From positions 2,812-66,811 of the forward strand of contig CAMKQN010000004.1 of assembly GCA_946414935.1 (NCBI GenBank): a stretch of DNA of 64,000 nt, read 5' to 3'. Below are positions 29,398-37,320 of the stretch, piece after piece (within the stretch, counting starts at the first letter, position 1; the number at the start of each line of letters is the position of its first letter). Both the position numbers and the translations under genes were made by a program. This DNA comes from an uncultured Bacteroidales bacterium (GTDB taxonomy: Bacteria; Bacteroidota; Bacteroidia; Bacteroidales; UBA932). Under the pieces are notes generated by a model. It was not told the DNA's origin. It saw only the letters and a list, made by a program, of their open reading frames with translations, and searched no databases.

Positions 29398-29574
29398 ATG
29401 TTAGGAAAGATTATTTACATCATCGGTATCATCGCCGCCATCTGGTGCGTAATCGACATTTTCAAGCACGACAAGCTCGACCTTCTCTGGAAGATCGTGC
29501 TTACCATTGCCGTACTTGCTACCAGCTGGGTCGGTTTACTGGTTTATTACTTCCTTATCAGGAACCGCATCTAG
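29398..29574 (+). CDS. 58-aa two-helix membrane protein (PLDc_N-like)
   Basis: Below ORF-track cutoff; MLGKIIYIIGIIAAIWCVIDIFKHDKLDLLWKIVLTIAVLATSWVGLLVYYFLIRNRI; starts 2 nt after parC stop. Confidence 0.8.
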   Translation: MLGKIIYIIGIIAAIWCVIDIFKHDKLDLLWKIVLTIAVLATSWVGLLVYYFLIRNRI

Positions 29575-30890
29575 AAGTTCAAGACTTCTCCGCGGTAGAA
29601 ATCCAGCAGCTTAGTCTGGTAGAGACATTGATAGCGGGCCTGAATGTGCTCGCTTTCTGCGCGTAGCCAATTGTTGCGTGCATCGTTGTAGTCGGCGATT
29701 CCGGCTTTGCCCACGGCATACTTCTCTTCCGTGAGTTCGTAGTGCATCCTGGCGCTCTCCGCGCTCTCTCGGCTGCCGGCATAGCGGGCCTGCGCATTGA
29801 CGGCATTGTAATAAGCCTGCTGTATCTCCTTGTAAAGGGCTTTCTTCACATTTTCCAGGTTAAGCTGCTGGCTGCGGAAGTTGATTTCCGCATTGCGGAC
29901 AGAGTTCCGCGTAGAGAACTTCTGGAAGATGGGGACGTTGAGCGAGAGTCCAATGTACTGGCTGAAATTGTTTTTCAACTGTGGCCAGAAGCCGTCGGAG
30001 GGATACTTCGAATTGGTGTAGATATTAGTTCCGAGCCCTCCGCTCAGAGACAGGGAGGGAAGATAGCCGCCTTTAGCCTTGGCAATATTCAACTGAGCGT
30101 AATCTACCCCGATTTTCGCGGACTCCACAGCCGGTTTGATTTCAACGGCCTGCGCAAATATTTCTTCGGGCTTCATCAGAAGCACCTGGGACACATCTCC
30201 CACCTCAGGCACCACGATGGAGAAAGCTTCAGGAGATTCCAGCTCAAGAAGCTGAGTGAGTTCCAGTACGGAAAGCTTCAAGTTCCCGTCGGCCTGTATC
30301 TCCGACTGGCGGCTTTGTGCCACGGTAGCCTGCTGGGCAGATACCTCGGCAGAACTGGCTTTCCCTGCCTTTTCGTGCTCTTTAATTTGCTCCAGCAACT
30401 GCACGTCGTGTGCTACCTGTTCCTCTGCGACACGGAGAAGCTCCTGATTATAAAGTATTTGCACGTATGCCTGAGCCACCGCCACCCGAATGTCGTCCCT
30501 GGCTTTCTCCAGATCCGCGGTCGCCGCTTCCAGGTTCAGCTTGCCCAATTTGATTGAGTTGCTGATTTCAAACCCCTGAAAAACAGGCACGCTGCCTCCA
30601 AGGCTGAATGAGGTGGAGGTGGTATTGGAATTGGAGTAAGTGTTATCCGCCGTGAGTCCGCGGCCGAAGGAAAGATTCTCGGAAGCGGAAGCGCTCAAGG
30701 AAGGCAGGCGGCTCATTCTGGCGGTGTTCAGGTCCACTTCGCGTTGCTCTACCGCCAAAGCGCTCTGACGCACGTTAATATTATGGTCCAACGCATAATC
30801 TATACATTTGGACAAGCTCCAAGGCCCTTGCTGGGCATAAACGGATACCACAGCAAGCAGGAGCGCAAAACTAAAAACTACCCGTTTCAT
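29571..30890 (-). CDS. TolC-family outer membrane efflux protein
   Basis: Signal peptide; CIDYALDHN; two LPSLS repeats; VAQAY/IQQAY. Confidence 0.92.
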   Translation of the reverse strand: MKRVVFSFALLLAVVSVYAQQGPWSLSKCIDYALDHNINVRQSALAVEQREVDLNTARMSRLPSLSASASENLSFGRGLTADNTYSNSNTTSTSFSLGGSVPVFQGFEISNSIKLGKLNLEAATADLEKARDDIRVAVAQAYVQILYNQELLRVAEEQVAHDVQLLEQIKEHEKAGKASSAEVSAQQATVAQSRQSEIQADGNLKLSVLELTQLLELESPEAFSIVVPEVGDVSQVLLMKPEEIFAQAVEIKPAVESAKIGVDYAQLNIAKAKGGYLPSLSLSGGLGTNIYTNSKYPSDGFWPQLKNNFSQYIGLSLNVPIFQKFSTRNSVRNAEINFRSQQLNLENVKKALYKEIQQAYYNAVNAQARYAGSRESAESARMHYELTEEKYAVGKAGIADYNDARNNWLRAESEHIQARYQCLYQTKLLDFYRGEVLNF

Positions 30891-31987
30891 TTCTGCTTGG
30901 GAAGATTGATTATACGTGTGCCGCGGACCACGTCTCCGGCTTGCAGGCCGCTGCGGACCTCTATATTGATACCATCACTCAGACCAGTCTGGACAGGGAT
31001 GCGTTCGTAATTGTCAGCAGTCTTGCGATACACGAAAGTGCTGTCTCCCTGGAACTCAAGAGTGCTTTCCGGCACCACCAGGACGCTGTCCGCCTGGGCC
31101 AGCACTATCTCCGCATTGGCAGAGTAGCCGGAACGTATCATGTGACTGCCGCTTACTTTGACGGCGGCTTTAATCTCAAACTGATTGGCGCCATTATTCT
31201 CCACCGCCTTGGGAGAAATATACTCCAGAGCAGCCTCGGAGCTATAGTCGGACAGTGCGCCCACTGTAATCTTCATGGGCATACCTTCCACCAGTGAGCC
31301 TACTTCGGTCTCATCTATGTTACCGTCGAAAATCAAATCGGACATATTGGCCACCGTAGCTACCGTGGTACCGTCATTCATGGTATTGGCCTGAATGACT
31401 GAGTTTCCCACTTTCACGGGGATGTCCAGGATGAGGCCGGTGATTGTAGAACGCACGAGCGTGGAACTGCCGGTAGCATTGCTGGATGAGACGCCGTCGC
31501 GGATGACCTCCAGCGACTCCTGCGCCGCATTGCGCTCCTCTTTGGCCTGGTTGTAGCTCTGCAGGACCTGGTCGTACTCTTCGGCGGACACCAGTTTCTT
31601 GTCGTACAAGGCTTTCTCGCGCTCGTAGTTGGTCTTTGCCTGCTTGAGATTGATTTCTGCCAGACGCACCCTTGACTGGGCGGAGCTTAGGGAGTTCATG
31701 TCCGGAATGACGCGGAGCTTGGCGATTACCTCTCCCTCCTTCACCATCTGCCCGGCTTCCTTCCTGAGCTCGGATATGATTCCGTTGATCTGCGGCTTGA
31801 TGTTCACTTCGTTACGAGGTTCTATCTTGCCTGTCACTACAGTTGTACGGCTGACATCGGAATAATGGACCTCGTGCTCATTGTAAAGCACCTGTTCCGG
31901 GCGGGAACGCTTGAACAGAAAAACGAAGGTTCCGATAAAGAGCAACGCTATCAGCGCAAAAATGATGTACTTGATAACCCTTTTCAT
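30887..31987 (-). CDS. Periplasmic adaptor (MacA-like membrane fusion protein)
   Basis: N-terminal anchor, TGKIEP, coiled hairpin, IDETEVG, TGLSDG. Confidence 0.9.
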   Translation of the reverse strand: MKRVIKYIIFALIALLFIGTFVFLFKRSRPEQVLYNEHEVHYSDVSRTTVVTGKIEPRNEVNIKPQINGIISELRKEAGQMVKEGEVIAKLRVIPDMNSLSSAQSRVRLAEINLKQAKTNYEREKALYDKKLVSAEEYDQVLQSYNQAKEERNAAQESLEVIRDGVSSSNATGSSTLVRSTITGLILDIPVKVGNSVIQANTMNDGTTVATVANMSDLIFDGNIDETEVGSLVEGMPMKITVGALSDYSSEAALEYISPKAVENNGANQFEIKAAVKVSGSHMIRSGYSANAEIVLAQADSVLVVPESTLEFQGDSTFVYRKTADNYERIPVQTGLSDGINIEVRSGLQAGDVVRGTRIINLPKQK

Positions 31988-32002
31988 TATTGTGTACTAT
32001 TG

Positions 32003-33250
32003 TTATTCATCTCTCATCGCATCCACCGGTTTGATTGACATCGCCCTGGATGCAGGGGCAAGGCCGGCTACTACGCCCAAAACGGACAGCAACGCTACAG
32101 CAATTACCGCTGTCCAGAAACTCACCTGGAAATTGGCCGGCGGAGTGTCGGGCATACCGTTCACTATGGTTTCCAGCAGGCTCAAGAGCAAAACCGCAAA
32201 TACAATTCCGAAGGAGCCTGCCACCAGGGTGAGACTGATACTCTCCATTATTATCTGGCCGAGAATATCCCTGGGCGTAGCCCCGATTGCCCTGCGGATT
32301 CCGATTTCCGTGGTTCGCTCCTTCACCGTGACCATCATGATATTGCTCACGCCTATCACTCCCGCCAGAATCGTTCCGATGCCTACCAGCAGGATAAGGA
32401 AGTTCAATCCGGTAAACAAATTGTCCATGATTGAGAAAAGCTGCTCAGTATTCACGAAAAACAGGGCGTCATTGTCGGTAGGATCGAAATTGTGCTCCCT
32501 TGCCAGAATCTGCCTTATTTTGGACTCGAGCGTCCCCATCTTGATACCGCTCCTCGCAGTAACGCAAAGCAAGTCGATGTTGTTGCCCCTATGGTATATC
32601 TTCTGGGCAACCGGCAAGGGAATAGTAACAGCTTCGTCGGCATTGCCGTTGATGCTCATGTTGCCGGAATTGTAATCCACGCCTACTACCTGATAATAGA
32701 CGGGGCCAACTTTTATCATAGTGCCGCAGGGATCTCCTCCGTCGGGGAAGAGACTGGTATAGATACGCTTACCTATTACGCATACTTTCCGTTCCTGCGC
32801 TATGTCAGCTTCGTTGAGATAGCGGCCGTACCGGATGCGCGGTTCCTCTATCTTGGCATAATCGGCATAAACTCCCTTGATGTCGGAATCGACGGTATTG
32901 ATGCCGTTGACCGCCTCCTGGCTCCAGCTGGACACCAACGGAGTAATGGTCTCAAGTTCGGGGACCATAAGCCTCAGACGCTCCAGGTCCGTATATGTGA
33001 GTTCCCAGCCCCTGCCCTCCTTGAGGCCTTTCCAAGGCTTGCCTGTACGGCTCGAGGCCATCACCGCAGTGTTGGTGGCAAAGCCCTCGAAGTTGGCGGT
33101 AATCACTTGCTTGAGTCCCTGCCCGCCGCCGAGCAGGAAGAGCAGCATGAAGATGCCCCAGAACACGCCGAACCCGGTCAGCAGGCTGCGGCTCTTGTTC
33201 CTCACCAGGGAATCCGCAATCTCACGGTATGTATCTACGTCGAATCTCAT
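32003..33250 (-). CDS. MacB/FtsX-like ABC permease
   Basis: RSLLTGFGVFWGI; GVSNIMMVTVKERTTEIGIRRAIGA. Confidence 0.92.
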   Translation of the reverse strand: MRFDVDTYREIADSLVRNKSRSLLTGFGVFWGIFMLLFLLGGGQGLKQVITANFEGFATNTAVMASSRTGKPWKGLKEGRGWELTYTDLERLRLMVPELETITPLVSSWSQEAVNGINTVDSDIKGVYADYAKIEEPRIRYGRYLNEADIAQERKVCVIGKRIYTSLFPDGGDPCGTMIKVGPVYYQVVGVDYNSGNMSINGNADEAVTIPLPVAQKIYHRGNNIDLLCVTARSGIKMGTLESKIRQILAREHNFDPTDNDALFFVNTEQLFSIMDNLFTGLNFLILLVGIGTILAGVIGVSNIMMVTVKERTTEIGIRRAIGATPRDILGQIIMESISLTLVAGSFGIVFAVLLLSLLETIVNGMPDTPPANFQVSFWTAVIAVALLSVLGVVAGLAPASRAMSIKPVDAMRDE

Positions 33251-34512
33251 TCTGCCCTGAGTGCTTCTATAGGTCTCACGCTCGCCGCTTTCCTGGCAGG
33301 GAAAAAGCCTGCAAGGGTACCGGCCACAATCAATACAAGAGTTGCTTCAAGAGCTATGTCCAGGCCTACACCCGGGTTCACCAGCATTGACACCTGCTGG
33401 TCGAACATGCTCATTTTGGCCTGGCCGAGAGTCTGGTCCAGTATCATACAGGTAACCATGCCCAGAAACATGCCTATGTAACCGAAAATGGCGGTGATGG
33501 CAACGCTTTCAGAAATGATGAGTTTGGTGATGCTGGCCGGACTTGCGCCTATGGCCTTGCGTATGCCGAATTCGTGAGTGCGCTCTTTAACTGTAATCAG
33601 CATGATGTTGCTCACACCCACAATACCGCCCAGCAAAGTGAAGAGGCCAATTATCCACAGGGCAGTGCTGATAATACTGCGGGCCCGCTTCATCTGGACA
33701 TCCTGATGAGCCCTGTTCCACACCCATATTGCACGTTCGTCGTCGGGAGCGGCCCGATGGTGCAGATTGATAACGGCCTTATACTGCTTCTCGAACGCTT
33801 CATTCGCCGCTTCGGTATCCAGGTTTTTAGTGGTGAAAGAGATGCTTCCCACTTCCTGGCCCTTGCCATACACGGTCTTCACGGTGGTATAAGGAGCATA
33901 AAGGTTGTTGTCGTTGCGCATATTCTCCGACTTGCTTATACCTACCACCCTGAAAGCCAGGGAGCCCACTTTCACATAACGGCCGATCAGGCTCTCCGCG
34001 GATTCTCCGTTCTCAAGCAGCCTCCGGGCAGTATTTTCAGGCATCACTACAACCTTGCGGCTGTCGCTTATGTCCTTGTCGTTCAGAAAACGTCCGTAAC
34101 GTATTTCAATCTTCGACATCTCCTGCGCGGCAGGATACTGGCCGTCAATATATCCGGAGAAAGACTTTTTACCGAGCGAAACCATGGCGCCAGTGCCGAC
34201 GGTGGCGGATACCTGATCCACGTAGTCCGAGAACAAATTTCCGCCGGTGAGCTCTATATCTTTATCGTCCAGACGGATACGTCTGCCCGACTTGAGCCCG
34301 TCATAGGGTTTGGAAGTCCAGCCGCCGCCCACGCTCACGGAGTTGGACGCGAAGCCCTCCCGCCCCTTCATGAAAGAATTCATAAGGCCGTTGCCGGTAC
34401 CCAGAAGCACGATGAGCATAAAGATACCCCAGGAAACGGCAAAACCGGTGAGGCAGGTGCGCATCTTGTTCCTGCGTATGCTCTCCCATATTTCGGTAAA
34501 CAGGTCTTTCAT
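33247..34512 (-). CDS. MacB/FtsX-like ABC permease
   Basis: GVSNIMLITVKERTHEFGIRKAIGA; start reassigned to ATG 34512 (ATGA overlap). Confidence 0.92.
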   Translation of the reverse strand: MKDLFTEIWESIRRNKMRTCLTGFAVSWGIFMLIVLLGTGNGLMNSFMKGREGFASNSVSVGGGWTSKPYDGLKSGRRIRLDDKDIELTGGNLFSDYVDQVSATVGTGAMVSLGKKSFSGYIDGQYPAAQEMSKIEIRYGRFLNDKDISDSRKVVVMPENTARRLLENGESAESLIGRYVKVGSLAFRVVGISKSENMRNDNNLYAPYTTVKTVYGKGQEVGSISFTTKNLDTEAANEAFEKQYKAVINLHHRAAPDDERAIWVWNRAHQDVQMKRARSIISTALWIIGLFTLLGGIVGVSNIMLITVKERTHEFGIRKAIGASPASITKLIISESVAITAIFGYIGMFLGMVTCMILDQTLGQAKMSMFDQQVSMLVNPGVGLDIALEATLVLIVAGTLAGFFPARKAASVRPIEALRAE

Positions 34513-35231
34513 TTCATTATCGTCTCTGTGCCGAACATGGATGCGTGATGCTCCCGGTTGTCTTCTATACGCCCTATAACGCCGTCTTTGATATGCACTA
34601 TCTTGTCGGTGCAATTAGCAACTCCGCTTTCGTGGGTAACTACTATGATAGTCACCCCGTCCTCACGGTTAAGCTGTCCCAGGAGCTGCATCACCTCTTC
34701 GGAAGTCTTGGAATCCAGGGCGCCGGTGGGCTCGTCTGCAAGGATTATTTTGGGATTCGTTATGAGGGCGCGCGCTATCGCCACGCGCTGCTTCTGCCCG
34801 CCGGACATTTCATTGGGATAGTGGCCTGCCCAGTCGGCAAGTCCCAGGCGGTCCAGGAACTGCATTGCCATTTCGTGGCGTTTGTGCCGGCTCACTCCCT
34901 GGTAGAACAGGGGCAATTCCACGTTCTCCACTGCAGTCTTGAAACCGATAAGGTTGAAAGACTGGAAAATGAAGCCTATCATACGGTTGCGGTAATCGGC
35001 CGCTTGCCTCTCGCTCAAGTTCTTGATCAGCTTCCCGTCGATGTAGTACTCGCCGGTATCGTAATTGTCCAGAATTCCCAGAATATTGAGAAGGGTGGAC
35101 TTGCCTGAGCCGGAAGCTCCCATGATGGACACGAATTCCCCGCTGTCAATCCCGAGATTGATGCCCTTAAGGACATGCAGAGGCTGCCCGTTATTGTACG
35201 TCTTGTTGACGTCTTTCAGTTCAATCAGCAT
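34509..35231 (-). CDS. ABC transporter ATP-binding protein (MacB/LolD type)
   Basis: GASGSGKST, MSGGQKQR, ILADEPTGALD, VTH. Confidence 0.95.
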   Translation of the reverse strand: MLIELKDVNKTYNNGQPLHVLKGINLGIDSGEFVSIMGASGSGKSTLLNILGILDNYDTGEYYIDGKLIKNLSERQAADYRNRMIGFIFQSFNLIGFKTAVENVELPLFYQGVSRHKRHEMAMQFLDRLGLADWAGHYPNEMSGGQKQRVAIARALITNPKIILADEPTGALDSKTSEEVMQLLGQLNREDGVTIIVVTHESGVANCTDKIVHIKDGVIGRIEDNREHHASMFGTETIMK

Positions 35232-35270
35232 AGCGCCGGACCTGCCACAATTATTATTCCAAAACTCTGA

Positions 35271-36284
35271 TTAAATGCTACTTGCCGAGAAGGCGCAAGC
35301 ACAAATCAGCACTGTAAGCACTACAATTACGATCAGCCACACTACAAACAGCACCAAACCCGGCCTCCATTTGGGTGCTTTGATCCGGAAAAGCAGGAGA
35401 ACACTGCAGTAAAGCATACCCAGGAAAGGGATGGAGAAGGCAAGGATGCCCAAAACCTGAACCCAAATGGTGTTCAATATATCCAGACCCGGGGGGAAGT
35501 TTGCTGACAGTTCCGCAAATCCCTCATTTACAAGGGACGACAGGCCCAGCCACTTCCAGCCGAAAAGTCCGAGGCCGCCCGCAAAGAGGCCGGTTACACC
35601 GGTAATCAAAAGCAAGATTCCAATGATAACTTCCAGTATGCGGCCCATGCTGCTCCAGGCCGGAGAATTGCCTACCTGGTGTACTGCGTTGCGAATCTCA
35701 CCTGCACCGCTTTCTATAGAGCGCCTTACACTTTCCACGCTCCCGTCATCGCCCCGCATCTGCCAGCGCTGCCGGGCTGTCTTGGCGGCAGGAATGCAAA
35801 TCCAGAGGATGATGTATATAAGAGGAACGGTTAGGGTAAGATATCCGTTTTTATCCACGAAACCAACCAGTCCGGCAATTCCGAGTGCGAGGAAAGCCAC
35901 CCGGAGTATTACAGGGTCGAAATTGAAGTATGCAGCGATTCCGCCGCATACGCCCGCAAGCTTTGCGTGCTCAATGTCCCTGTACAAGCGCTTAACAGGT
36001 TTCTCCGCTTTCCCCGGATTCACGTCATCCGGTTCATCCTGGGCAATGCGCTCGGGACGGCCAAGGATATTTATGATATCCAGGATAGCAGACCGGCTTA
36101 CTACCCCGTCGGCCACTGTCCGCTCACGGAGCAGTTCGGCCATACGTTCTTCTATACCTTCGCTGATTTCAGGATTATCGTAGAAATTAGCGACTTCGTC
36201 GAGGTATTGCCTGGCTTCTGCAGCGGCTTCCGTATCAAACGTGAAGGCATAACCTCCAATACTTGCTTTTTCTATCTGTTTCAT
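35271..36284 (-). CDS. PspC-domain membrane protein (long form)
   Basis: RLYRD...LAGVCGGIAAYF...YIILWICIP; additional C-terminal TM helices. Confidence 0.88.
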   Translation of the reverse strand: MKQIEKASIGGYAFTFDTEAAAEARQYLDEVANFYDNPEISEGIEERMAELLRERTVADGVVSRSAILDIINILGRPERIAQDEPDDVNPGKAEKPVKRLYRDIEHAKLAGVCGGIAAYFNFDPVILRVAFLALGIAGLVGFVDKNGYLTLTVPLIYIILWICIPAAKTARQRWQMRGDDGSVESVRRSIESGAGEIRNAVHQVGNSPAWSSMGRILEVIIGILLLITGVTGLFAGGLGLFGWKWLGLSSLVNEGFAELSANFPPGLDILNTIWVQVLGILAFSIPFLGMLYCSVLLLFRIKAPKWRPGLVLFVVWLIVIVVLTVLICACAFSASSI

Positions 36285-36610
36285 TGCTTGAGTGTTTCTA
36301 TTGCCTTTACCATTTCTTGCCAGGCGCTGTCCATATCGGCCAGTTGAGAGCGCCCTTTTTCAGTGATGCAGTAATACTTGCGCGGAGGGCCCTGGGTGGA
36401 TTCTTCCCACCTGTAAGAAAGCAGGCCCTGGTTCTTTTGACGTATCAGCAGAGGGTAGAGTGTCCCCTCAACCACTATCATGTCGGCCTTTTTAAGTTCC
36501 TCAATGATATTGGATGCATATGCTTCGTGCTTTGCCAGTATGCACAGGATGCAATACTCAAGCACGCCTTTGCGCATTTGCGAGCGCACGTTATCGGCAT
36601 TGCTTTCCAT
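36281..36610 (-). CDS. PadR family transcriptional regulator
   Basis: QMRKGVLEYCIL, EGTLYPLL, GPPRKYY; start reassigned to ATG 36610. Confidence 0.93.
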   Translation of the reverse strand: MESNADNVRSQMRKGVLEYCILCILAKHEAYASNIIEELKKADMIVVEGTLYPLLIRQKNQGLLSYRWEESTQGPPRKYYCITEKGRSQLADMDSAWQEMVKAIETLKQ

Positions 36611-36614
36611 ATCT

Positions 36615-37172
36615 TTATTGTTTATTTGAGTTAGTAAATTTGGCCAGATTCTCGGCAGTGGGCACAAGCCCCCGGAGCTCGCACTTCTCCGCAGACGTAT
36701 TGGCTTTGGGAACCGCTATCCAAAGAATCACGTAAATCCAGAAGCCGGCTGAACCTACGATCAAAGCTACCAGCATGATAATCCTGATGAGAGCAGTATC
36801 CACTCCGAAGTAAAGAGCTAGACCTGAGCATACACCGGCAATCCGTACATCATCTGTATCCCGATACAGCCTGCGGGCTTTAGTATTGGATGATGTATCG
36901 GCATTGCTGGTGGAAGTACTGCTTCCATCCGGCATGCCCAGCTGATCTATCACTTTCTCTACAAGGTTAAGGTCGACCACTTTGCCGCTATCCCCTGTGG
37001 ATTCGTAGAAAAGATCAGCTATACGCGACTCCAGCTCATCCATAACCTCCTCTGTTCCAATCTCTTTCACATGGTCACGAAAGAGCTTGAGATATGCATC
37101 CAGACGCACGTATGCATCTTCGTTGATGGTGAAATTCCGGCCTCCTATGCCGGCTGAAATTACTTTTTTCAT
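36615..37172 (-). CDS. PspC-domain protein (short form)
   Basis: RLYRDTDDVRIAGVCSGLALYFG...YVILWIAVP. Confidence 0.9.
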   Translation of the reverse strand: MKKVISAGIGGRNFTINEDAYVRLDAYLKLFRDHVKEIGTEEVMDELESRIADLFYESTGDSGKVVDLNLVEKVIDQLGMPDGSSTSTSNADTSSNTKARRLYRDTDDVRIAGVCSGLALYFGVDTALIRIIMLVALIVGSAGFWIYVILWIAVPKANTSAEKCELRGLVPTAENLAKFTNSNKQ

Positions 37173-37195
37173 TGTTTGGTTGCTTAATTACGATG

Positions 37196-37236
37196 CAAAG
37201 ATATAAATATTTTTTAATACTTTGCAATACAAAGTA
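37196..37236 (-). promoter_or_regulatory. Promoter with overlapping palindromic operator (probable PadR site)
   Basis: -7 TATCTTTG at 37203-37196; perfect inverted repeat TACTTTG-N5-CAAAGTA at 37218-37236 over the -33 region. Confidence 0.7.
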
Positions 37237-37245
37237 CATAAAATT

Positions 37246-37285
37246 AAAAAATATTTTGCGGCACAATATTTTTTGTACCGCAAAA
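37246..37285 (-). terminator. Intrinsic terminator after the esterase-EEP gene
   Basis: - strand TTTTGCGGTACAA-N6-TTGTGCCGCAAAA (13-bp stem, one G.U pair) followed by TATTTTTT. Confidence 0.65.
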
Positions 37286-37320
37286 CATTATTCTGCAAAA
37301 GGCCAACTATGAAAAGAGCC

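Noticed and set aside
36615-37320. AT-richer stretch as a horizontally acquired island
   Set aside because: Explained by promoter/terminator sequence; no integrase, tRNA or flanking direct repeats seen
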